Positions 1 through 5,028 of a stretch of DNA of 5,132 nt are shown here, one piece after another. The notes under the pieces are model-generated. The model searched no databases. It was not told the DNA's origin and worked only from the letters and a program-made list of their open reading frames with translations. The position numbers and the translations under genes are program-made. This stretch comes from a plasmid: sequence record NZ_CP128648.1. One strand, given 5' to 3'. Every line of letters starts with the position of its first letter. The stretch's first letter is position 1.

Positions 1-212
1 TTCGTCTTGACGAGAAAGATGTAGAACGTTTTGAAATAATTAAAGATAGACATGGATTTAGAACAGACGCACAGGTTTTAAGATATCTACTTAGAGAAGG
101 TGTGATGACAATGCAAGCTGATGCAGATGTTATTGCTAGAAAAGTGATTGAAGTACTTGAGAAAAAAGAATACATTACACATAGTTATGATGATTATGAT
201 CTTTATCCGTAA
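1..212 (+). CDS. 5'-truncated CDS (frame 3, stop TAA 210-212); C-terminal ribbon-helix-helix (CopG/MobC-like) DNA-binding domain protein
   Basis: Frame 3 is open from the window edge to TAA at 210-212. The translation ...RLDEKDVERFEIIKDRHGFRTDAQVLRYLLREGVMTMQADADVIARKVIEVLEKKEYITHSYDDYDLYP fits the beta-strand/helix/helix pattern of RHH repressors (RLD..V..F, then two amphipathic helices). The start lies upstream of the window. Confidence 0.55.
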   Translation, partial: RLDEKDVERFEIIKDRHGFRTDAQVLRYLLREGVMTMQADADVIARKVIEVLEKKEYITHSYDDYDLYP

Positions 213-353
213 AAATTTCGCTTTTTAGCAAATAAATTAGAAAAATGACCTGTCTTATAGCAAAAGAGAGGTTCCTTGTTTAAAGAGGAAATATGAGCCA
301 TATAGGCATATACGTAACAGTAGGATATAAGCTCCTAGAACAGATGTGCCATT

Positions 354-382
354 TTGACAGTCAGAAGTGACTGTTTTATAAT
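354..382 (+). promoter_or_regulatory. Consensus sigma-A promoter TTGACA(354-359)-17 bp-TATAAT(377-382) upstream of the rep gene; 7-bp-arm inverted repeat ACAGTCA/TGACTGT (357-374) inside the spacer
   Basis: Exact TTGACA and TATAAT hexamers with a 17-nt spacer are seen directly. The dyad acagtca-gaag-tgactgt overlaps the -35 and spacer. The predicted TSS is near 389, giving a ~120-nt leader before ATG 510. Confidence 0.6.
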
Positions 383-406
383 TTATTAAGATGTACAGTT
401 TTATGT

Positions 407-429
407 ATTGATAATATAAGTCCCCTAGG
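407..429. repeat. Iteron-like direct repeat copy 1: TATTGATAATATAAGTCCCCTAG
   Basis: The 23-bp element recurs at 471-493 with a single T/C difference (22/23 identical), centre-to-centre 64 bp. It is followed by a TCCCC...GGGGA dyad (422-440). It lies between the promoter and the rep start. Confidence 0.6.
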
Positions 430-470
430 TATACGGGGATATTTCTTTGTGTTAAAATAGGGAAAAAATA

Positions 471-493
471 TATTGATAATATAAGCCCCCTAG
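471..493. repeat. Iteron-like direct repeat copy 2: TATTGATAATATAAGCCCCCTAG, ending 4 nt upstream of the rep Shine-Dalgarno (GGAG 498-501)
   Basis: Second copy of the 23-bp element. It ends 4 nt before the GGAG (498-501) that precedes ATG 510, so a protein bound here would sit on the rep translation initiation region. Confidence 0.6.
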
Positions 494-509
494 TTATGGA
501 GTCATAGTT

Positions 510-1823
510 ATGCTTACTGAATATCAGATAAAAGAAAAGCTTTTGAATGAATATGGAACTAAAGTTACGTATATGGAATTTTATAGGGATGTATTCCCTA
601 TTGGTTCTTTTGAAAATTCTGGTGAATATGAACAAGGAAAAGCTAATGGAATTCTTTGTTCTATAAAAGATAGAAAGGGTCAAAATCAGCTGATTTTTGA
701 TGATTTAGAAGAAATTAAAAGTCATGTTGATGATGATTTTGTTTTACTATCCCCTATTGCATATTTTGGAAAGAGAAGAAGTGCATATAATGCGTCTTTG
801 CTGTATGGTATGGTGTTTGATTTAGATGATGTTGGTGAAGAACAGCTTCGTTGGATACTAGGGCGATTAGATAACCCACATTTCCCAAGGGCAACCTACA
901 TTATTAATAGTGGTTTTGGGCTTCACCTTTATTATCTTTTTCAAAATCCAATTCCGCTGTATAAGTCAATTCACAAGAGGTTAAATGCTCTAAAGCATGA
1001 GATTACAAGGCTTATATGGAATAAATATACAAGTAGAATACATGTAGAAAATCGCCAATATCAAGGTGTTTTTCAAGGATTTAGAATGGTTGGCAGTTGC
1101 TGTAAAGACAAAATACATAGGGTTACAGCATATCGAACTGGAGAAAAGGTTAATATTGAATATCTTAATCAATTTGTAGGTGAAGAATACAGCATAAAAT
1201 CATTAGACTATGAAAGTTCATTAACGCTTGAACAAGCGAAAAAGAAATATCCTGAATGGTACGAGAAACGCATTGTGAAAGGAGAGAGGCGTAATGGACG
1301 ATGGTTAATAAAGCGTGATTTGTATGATTGGTGGATAAATAAGATAAAGACCGATCCTGATTTACGTGTTGGACATAGATATTTCTGTATAGCTGCTTTA
1401 GCAAGCTATGCTGTTAAATGTGGAATTAGCGAAGATGAATTGCGAAAAGATGCATATGAGCTAAAAGATATTATGAATAACTTACAGGATGATTTTTCTG
1501 ATGACGATATTGAAAACGCATTAAATTTTTATCAGGAAAGTTTTATTACTTTCCCTAGGGCAGAGATTGAAAAAATAAGTGGGCTTAATATTCCAATAAA
1601 TAAGCGGAATGGTAGAAAGCAAGCACAACATTTAAAAATAGCTCGCTTTGCCAGAGATTTAAATTATGAAGATGAAAATGGATGGCGAAAGGGAAACGGT
1701 AGAAATCCTAAAAAAGAGATTGTTTTAGAGTGGCGAAAGAATAACACAACAGGGAAAAAAATAGACTGCCATAGAGATACAGGTTTAGACCCTAAAACTA
1801 TTAGGAAGTGGTGGAATGAATAA
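510..1823 (+). CDS. Replication initiator protein, AEP-superfamily primase-polymerase (Prim-Pol) N-terminal domain plus PriCT-1-like C-terminal domain
   Basis: 437-aa ORF, ATG 510 preceded by GGAG (498-501). Three AEP catalytic motifs appear in canonical order: motif I hhhDhD = MVFDLDD (nt 810-830), motif II sGxGxHhh = NSGFGLHLYY (nt 903-932), motif III R-x-x-G-S-x-x-K = FRMVGSCCKDK (nt 1080-1112). The C-terminal region VGHRYFCIAALASYAVKCGISEDELRKDAYELKDIMNNLQDDFSDDDIENALNF (nt ~1371-1529) matches the PriCT-1 helical pattern. The upstream iterons and consensus promoter fit an origin/initiator cassette. Confidence 0.85.
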   Translation: MLTEYQIKEKLLNEYGTKVTYMEFYRDVFPIGSFENSGEYEQGKANGILCSIKDRKGQNQLIFDDLEEIKSHVDDDFVLLSPIAYFGKRRSAYNASLLYGMVFDLDDVGEEQLRWILGRLDNPHFPRATYIINSGFGLHLYYLFQNPIPLYKSIHKRLNALKHEITRLIWNKYTSRIHVENRQYQGVFQGFRMVGSCCKDKIHRVTAYRTGEKVNIEYLNQFVGEEYSIKSLDYESSLTLEQAKKKYPEWYEKRIVKGERRNGRWLIKRDLYDWWINKIKTDPDLRVGHRYFCIAALASYAVKCGISEDELRKDAYELKDIMNNLQDDFSDDDIENALNFYQESFITFPRAEIEKISGLNIPINKRNGRKQAQHLKIARFARDLNYEDENGWRKGNGRNPKKEIVLEWRKNNTTGKKIDCHRDTGLDPKTIRKWWNE

Positions 1824-1876
1824 CCGCAAAGCAGGCGAAGCGGTGTTTGCGATTAAATCCTTGTATTTTCAAGTAT

Positions 1877-1916
1877 TTGACACGTGTAATTATACAATGT
1901 ACACTACATGTATAAT
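1877..1916 (+). promoter_or_regulatory. Candidate promoter for the downstream coiled-coil gene: TTGACA (1877-1882)-17 bp-TACACT (1900-1905), and/or extended -10 TGTATAAT (1909-1916)
   Basis: The hexamers are seen directly. Either arrangement places the TSS after ATG 1908, which is why TTG 1944 is preferred as the start. A weak dyad CGCAAA...TTTGCG (1828-1856) follows the rep stop with no convincing T-run. Confidence 0.4.
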
Positions 1917-1943
1917 ACATGTAGAATTAAGAGGTTTAAAGCA

Positions 1944-2591
1944 TTGAAAATACAAGAGTTTATCCAAGGTAGAAATGTAAAATATGGAACCGTAATACAA
2001 TACATAAAAAGACATAGTGATGTCTTTAAGAATCATACTGGAAGAAGTAAAGGCAAAGTAGAATTAGATGAATTTGCAGTTGCTGAATTAGAAAAAATAT
2101 ATCCTTTTCCCCAGCCTGTTGAAGTTATTGAAGATTTTGAAGCACGCAAGGCATTAATTGAAGCCCAACAAAAGATTATTGATTTACAGGAACAATTAAA
2201 TAAAGCACTTCCAATGCTTGCTGAAGCAAAATATAGAGAATCTTTATTAGAATCTGAAACAGCTAGAGCAAATAAAGCGGAATCTGAGAAAATAGATAAT
2301 TTAAAACAATTAGGGAAAATTAACGGTAACTATCAAATAGAACAGGAAATAAATGGTTTGTTAGAACAACAACTCGATGACAAGAAAAAGCAGATAGATG
2401 AATTAAAGAGAGAGGTATTTAAACTAAAAAAAGAAAATGAGATTTTGAAAAAAAGAAAGCTGTTTGAGCGAATGAGAAACAAGGAGATTTCAGTTACTGA
2501 AGAGTATAAGGAAAACTTTAGAGCGAAGTCCACGGAAATGCATTTTAAGCAACAAATATCAGATTTAAGAGATAAACAAGAAAGCAACTAG
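1944..2591 (+). CDS. DNA-binding coiled-coil protein: N-terminal winged-HTH (excisionase/MerR-like HTH_17) plus long alpha-helical coiled-coil tail; plasmid replication/maintenance accessory (KfrA-like architecture)
   Basis: The open frame runs 1908-2591. Start TTG 1944 is chosen because AAGAGG (1929-1934) lies 9 nt upstream and both candidate promoters start transcription after 1908. The N-terminus LKIQEFIQGRNVKYGTVIQYIKRH resembles the HTH_17 motif (l.i.Efa..lgvs..Ti..wik.g). The rest is strongly K/E/Q/L-rich with heptad character (EAQQKIIDLQEQLNKAL..., IDELKREVFKLKKENEILKKRK). Confidence 0.7.
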   Translation: MKIQEFIQGRNVKYGTVIQYIKRHSDVFKNHTGRSKGKVELDEFAVAELEKIYPFPQPVEVIEDFEARKALIEAQQKIIDLQEQLNKALPMLAEAKYRESLLESETARANKAESEKIDNLKQLGKINGNYQIEQEINGLLEQQLDDKKKQIDELKREVFKLKKENEILKKRKLFERMRNKEISVTEEYKENFRAKSTEMHFKQQISDLRDKQESN

Positions 2592-2741
2592 GTTAATCTA
2601 GCTGCTTTCTTGTTTGTTGTGGAGTAGGCGAAAAGTAAAATAAAAAGTTGTAAATACATTATAGAGCAAATAATCATGTTCTATGATAGAAAATATGTTT
2701 TATCATTCTTAATTTTAATCCTGACAAAGGAGAGTAAATTA

Positions 2742-2867
2742 ATGGTAGATATTCTTTTAAAGATTATTTATACAGAATTTTTAAAACAGATAATAGCAGT
2801 AGTATTTTGTTTTATTAAGCCAGTTTTAATTAATTGGGTAAGAAAAATTCGAAAAAAAGTTTTTTGA
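2742..2867 (+). CDS. Candidate small membrane peptide (41 aa, MVDILLKIIYTEFLKQIIAVVFCFIKPVLINWVRKIRKKVF); type I toxin-like architecture
   Basis: ATG 2742 is preceded by AAAGGAGAG (2726-2734) at 7-9 nt spacing, the best SD in this 490-bp gap. The peptide has an amphipathic N-terminus, a ~17-residue hydrophobic core and a basic tail RKIRKK. The longer ATG 2676 version in the ORF track has no SD. The promoter is unclear; a weak candidate is TTGTAA 2648-2653. Confidence 0.3.
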   Translation: MVDILLKIIYTEFLKQIIAVVFCFIKPVLINWVRKIRKKVF

Positions 2868-3001
2868 TCATTCAATATGCCCCATATCATAGATGATGCC
2901 CCTGTATTTGTACTACAGAATAGTATATTCATAAACACTATTACAATTCAAAATTCGCTAATTCCTAAACTGATCTTCTTTGTATAAAATAAGTTATTTT
3001 A

Positions 3002-3030
3002 TTGACAAAGTAAGTTTTGCTACTTAAGAT
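3002..3030 (+). promoter_or_regulatory. Candidate sigma-A promoter TTGACA(3002-3007)-17 bp-TAAGAT(3025-3030) for the secreted-protein operon
   Basis: A perfect -35 hexamer and a 4/6 -10 at 17-bp spacing, ~50 nt upstream of the strong SD AGGAGGTG (3067-3074). Confidence 0.45.
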
Positions 3031-3078
3031 TAAATTAAAGATGTTTAACTTTCATTAGAAGATGTTAGGAGGTGCTTT

Positions 3079-3864
3079 ATGAAACTTAAATTAAAAAAAG
3101 TTAGTATTATTTCATTATGCTTGATGATTTTTATTGTGTTTTCTATGCCGATGACAGCTTTTGCAACAGAAGATGAAAGAGGTGGTAATGAAGCTATTAA
3201 GCTTAAAAATGCCAAAGATATTCAACTATTGACTGAAAAATCAAATAATCATAATATATCAAAAAATGAAGTTATTACTAGTTCAAAAATATTAAGTAGT
3301 GTTGCTATACCTGCTAATGCTATAAAAGAAATTAGTGTTAATTCTAATGGAAATTTAGTGTATAAAGTAAATCTTAAAAGCAATATCTACTCCTACATAA
3401 CAATTAAAAATTGTGGTAGTAAACATGTGCTAGTATTTGAAGAAAATGGGAAAATAGATCAAGTAACTTTAAATACTGCTGATGGAAGCGTATTTATTAA
3501 TAATGAACAAGTTAGAGTTGAAAAGCATGAAGGAATTTCTATTGCTAATTCAGATAAATTAGCTGCTGCGGGAAAATGGAAACAAATACGTTATAGGGAA
3601 GATAGATTCCATTGGACTAAAGATACAGGATTTGCGGCATTATATGCAGTAGTAGCCGTCGCTACGGCTTCTAGTGTACCAGTTGCTGCTTTAGCCGCTG
3701 TTGTTTCAGTAGTATATAGCAATGGGATAGGTTGGTATTCTTTTAAGCAATATCTTTATAATTATTCAAAATCGCCACAATATTTAAAGTGCGTAATAAA
3801 AATTTATAAAGGATATAATTTTAATTCATTAAAACGTACTATCACAAAATATTATTATGCATAA
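3079..3864 (+). CDS. Secreted/membrane-anchored protein of unknown function: Sec signal peptide, beta-rich extracytoplasmic domain, C-terminal Ala/Val-rich hydrophobic segment and Tyr/Lys-rich tail
   Basis: ATG 3079 lies 6 nt after AGGAGG. The N-terminus MKLKLKKVSIISLCLMIFIVFSMPMTAFA|TEDERG has an n/h/c region with an AxA signal peptidase I site. The C-terminal ~30 aa FAALYAVVAVATASSVPVAALAAVVSVVYS is long enough for a TM anchor or helical hairpin, followed by YKGYNFNSLKRTITKYYYA. There is no LPXTG and no lipobox. I recognise no family. Confidence 0.85.
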   Translation: MKLKLKKVSIISLCLMIFIVFSMPMTAFATEDERGGNEAIKLKNAKDIQLLTEKSNNHNISKNEVITSSKILSSVAIPANAIKEISVNSNGNLVYKVNLKSNIYSYITIKNCGSKHVLVFEENGKIDQVTLNTADGSVFINNEQVRVEKHEGISIANSDKLAAAGKWKQIRYREDRFHWTKDTGFAALYAVVAVATASSVPVAALAAVVSVVYSNGIGWYSFKQYLYNYSKSPQYLKCVIKIYKGYNFNSLKRTITKYYYA

Positions 3865-3894
3865 CGTTACTTTAATGGAAAGAGAATATTATTT

Positions 3895-4140
3895 ATGAAC
3901 AATTTAGACAAAGAAAAAAACAATCTCTGTGAAATATCTAAATATTTACATATTATTTTAACTGCTACGGGGGTATATTTTTTAATTGATGGTAACCGAA
4001 TTATAGGAGCTACATTATACCTTGTATCATTTATACCGCTTGTTATTGCAAACAGGGAAAAATTATCTTTATTGAATGTCATAATTGTAGTTGTATGTGC
4101 ATTAGTAATTTTCTATGTGGGTATATTAAGGTATTTCTAA
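3895..4140 (+). CDS. Small integral membrane protein (81 aa, three predicted TM helices), co-operonic with the upstream secreted protein
   Basis: ATG 3895 lies 30 nt after the upstream stop, with a weak SD GGAAAGAG. Hydrophobic stretches are YLHIILTATGVYFLI, IIGATLYLVSFIPLVIA and LLNVIIVVVCALVIFYVGIL. It is followed by a ~100-nt UTR and the strong terminator at 4244-4282. Confidence 0.65.
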   Translation: MNNLDKEKNNLCEISKYLHIILTATGVYFLIDGNRIIGATLYLVSFIPLVIANREKLSLLNVIIVVVCALVIFYVGILRYF

Positions 4141-4243
4141 TACAAATATTCACTGATTGTCACACATAGTGGGTAGATGCTGTAAATGCAAATGACAAGA
4201 AACACATAAAAAAGCAAATAATTAAATACAAAGCTTGTAAATA

Positions 4244-4282
4244 AAATCCCCCTTGGGAATATCCTTCCAGGGGGGATTTTAT
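4244..4282. terminator. Bidirectional rho-independent terminator between convergent operons
   Basis: A GC-rich stem TCCCCCTTGG...CCAGGGGGGA is flanked by an A-run upstream (TAAATAAAA) and a T-run downstream (TTTTATACTTTTAT). It works on either strand: it ends the + operon (stop 4140) and the - strand relBE operon (stop 4326). A second small hairpin ACGGT...ACCGT (4302-4319) plus T6 (4322-4327) lies just beyond it on the + strand. Confidence 0.75.
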
Positions 4283-4301
4283 ACTTTTATGGTTCGCACT
4301 T

Positions 4302-4327
4302 ACGGTGGCGATATACCGTGATTTTTT
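4302..4327 (+). terminator. Secondary small hairpin ACGGT-ggcgatat-ACCGT followed by TTTTTT, abutting the relE stop
   Basis: A 5-bp stem with a T6 run at 4322-4327, seen directly. It could back up the main terminator for + strand read-through into relE antisense. Confidence 0.3.
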
Positions 4328-4598
4328 ATCTTTTGTAAATGTCTCTACGATGACCAACTGTCAAAGCTAGAATTATAAGCTTGTTATCGTCAATCATACA
4401 AATAAGTCGATAATCTCCTATTCTGTATCTCCAATGTCCATTTCGGTTACCTGTCAATCCTTTGCCAAATGCACGAGGCTCTGTTGTGTTTATAAGGTGC
4501 TTTTCAATCCATCCTCGTAAAATTTTTTGAGTATATTTATCTAGTTTTTTAAACTCTTTCTTGAAGCGTTCGGATAACTCAAGGCTGTAACTATTCAT
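4326..4598 (-). CDS. relE: Type II toxin, RelE/ParE family (90 aa)
   Basis: MNSYSLELSERFKKEFKKLDKYTQKILRGWIEKHLINTTEPRAFGKGLTGNRNGHWRYRIGDYRLICMIDDNKLIILALTVGHRRDIYKR shows the RelE family hallmark (...R+GDYRLIY.IDD....V.VL.VGHR.D+Y). The true start is ATG at 4598-4596, preceded by GGAGGG (complement of 4605-4610) at 6 nt. The ORF-track N-terminal extension (MAAKLHLFLIFGGKL) has no SD and overlaps the antitoxin. Confidence 0.9.
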   Translation of the reverse strand: MNSYSLELSERFKKEFKKLDKYTQKILRGWIEKHLINTTEPRAFGKGLTGNRNGHWRYRIGDYRLICMIDDNKLIILALTVGHRRDIYKR

Positions 4599-4812
4599 CA
4601 ATTTCCCTCCAAAAATCAGAAACAGGTGTAGTTTTGCAGCCACTATTTACGTAGTCTGAATAAGCCTCTTCGGCTATAGCTAGGTCATACTCATCTTCGA
4701 TACGTTCAAATAAAGCCCTCTTAAAAGCTTCGCCTAAAGAAATTGCATGAACTTTTGCGTAGCTCTCTGCTAAACCCTTTTCTTCGCTCGTTAATCTTAT
4801 TGAAAATGCCAT
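4591..4812 (-). CDS. relB: Type II antitoxin, RelB/DinJ-like ribbon-helix-helix family (73 aa)
   Basis: MAFSIRLTSEEKGLAESYAKVHAISLGEAFKRALFERIEDEYDLAIAEEAYSDYVNSGCKTTPVSDFWREIDE has an N-terminal RHH (beta-strand SIRLTSEEK plus two helices) and an acidic C-terminal toxin-binding tail. The start is ATG 4812-4810, preceded by AAGGAG at 8 nt; the ORF-track TTG at 4818 is too close to the SD. Its stop TAG overlaps the toxin ATG in the string ATGAATAG, an 8-nt overlap typical of coupled TA pairs. Confidence 0.85.
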   Translation of the reverse strand: MAFSIRLTSEEKGLAESYAKVHAISLGEAFKRALFERIEDEYDLAIAEEAYSDYVNSGCKTTPVSDFWREIDE

Positions 4813-4847
4813 AGTCAATTCTCCTTAAACCCTCTCGTTACTTAAAT

Positions 4848-4876
4848 CCTTTAGTAGTACAATGTACTACTAAAGG
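4848..4876. promoter_or_regulatory. 29-bp perfect palindrome CCTTTAGTAGTACA-A-TGTACTACTAAAGG: probable RelB/RelBE operator
   Basis: Two 14-bp arms are exact reverse complements around a single central A. The palindrome lies 36 bp upstream of the antitoxin start and overlaps the -10 of the relBE promoter. Confidence 0.6.
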
Positions 4877-4889
4877 GCTGACTTGTCAA
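4861..4889 (-). promoter_or_regulatory. relBE promoter (minus strand): -35 TTGACA (complement of 4884-4889), 17-bp spacer, -10 TACATT (complement of 4861-4866)
   Basis: The reverse complement of this region reads TTGACAagtcagccctttagtagTACATT. The -10 and spacer are embedded in the 29-bp palindrome, the classic autoregulation geometry. Confidence 0.5.
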
Positions 4890-4942
4890 GACTGTACTTT
4901 TTCTGTGTAAATGTTAATAAAGAGCATAAGGGAAAACTGATA

Positions 4943-4982
4943 GCACGGAGCGTGCTACGTTGGCAGTGCCAACGGTTTTATG
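4943..4982. other. Two tandem short GC-rich hairpins (AGCACG-gag-CGTGCT 4943-4957; GTTGGC-agt-GCCAAC 4959-4973) followed by GGTTTTAT
   Basis: Both are perfect 6-bp stems with 3-nt loops, adjacent to each other. The second plus TTTTAT looks like a small + strand terminator or insulator between the divergent relBE promoter and the next + promoter. Confidence 0.4.
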
Positions 4983-5028
4983 TGCTTGCACATTTTATGC
5001 TAGATACATACCGTAGACATACGATTTC

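Noticed and set aside
203-211. DnaA-box-like TTATCCGTA
   Set aside because: It matches the TTATCCACA consensus at 7/9. It is a single copy inside the end of a coding region, with no clustering.
293-370. 25-aa ORF (MSHIGIYVTVGYKLLEQMCHFDSQK) with AAAGAGGA 4 nt upstream
   Set aside because: The SD spacing is too short and the ORF terminates inside the rep promoter. It is probably fortuitous, though a leader peptide cannot be excluded.
407-493. Possibility that the paired 23-bp repeats are a CRISPR fragment
   Set aside because: There are only two copies, the spacing is not spacer-like, and they sit in a promoter leader directly before a Rep gene. An iteron interpretation fits better.
255-683. 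142-aa minus-strand ORF spanning the rep promoter, iterons and rep 5' end
   Set aside because: It is antisense to a confidently called gene and its control region. The translation is low-complexity (F/I/L/Y-rich), typical of the reverse frame of AT-rich coding DNA. There is no SD.
990-1404. Two minus-strand ORFs (60 and 79 aa) inside the rep gene
   Set aside because: They are wholly internal and antisense to rep, with no SD and a hydrophobic low-complexity translation. They are spurious.
1908-1943. ATG 1908 as start of the coiled-coil protein (ORF-track start)
   Set aside because: It has no SD and lies inside or upstream of both candidate promoters (TGTATAAT 1909-1916). TTG 1944 with AAGAGG at 9 nt is preferred.
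2333-2587. 84-aa minus-strand ORF inside the coiled-coil gene
   Set aside because: It is the antisense of a K/E-rich coding region, which yields an F/S/L-rich artefact. There is no start context.
2676-2741. ATG 2676 start giving a 63-aa version of the small peptide
   Set aside because: There is no SD upstream. The internal ATG 2742 has a strong AAAGGAGAG SD.
2845-2861. A7-G-T6 palindrome at the end of the small peptide ORF
   Set aside because: An A/T-only stem is too weak for a terminator. It is probably a coincidence of the K-rich tail codons.
3867-4082. 71-aa minus-strand ORF overlapping the 81-aa membrane protein gene
   Set aside because: The + strand ORF has three clean TM helices, operon context and a terminator. 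The minus ORF has no SD or promoter.
4160-4357. 65-aa minus-strand ORF
   Set aside because: It runs straight through the bidirectional terminator hairpin and the relE 3' end. It is an artefact.
4813-4818. TTG 4818 start for the antitoxin (ORF track) and the N-terminal extension of relE to 4643
   Set aside because: ATG 4812 and ATG 4598 each have a properly spaced SD (AAGGAG, GGAGGG). The extensions do not.
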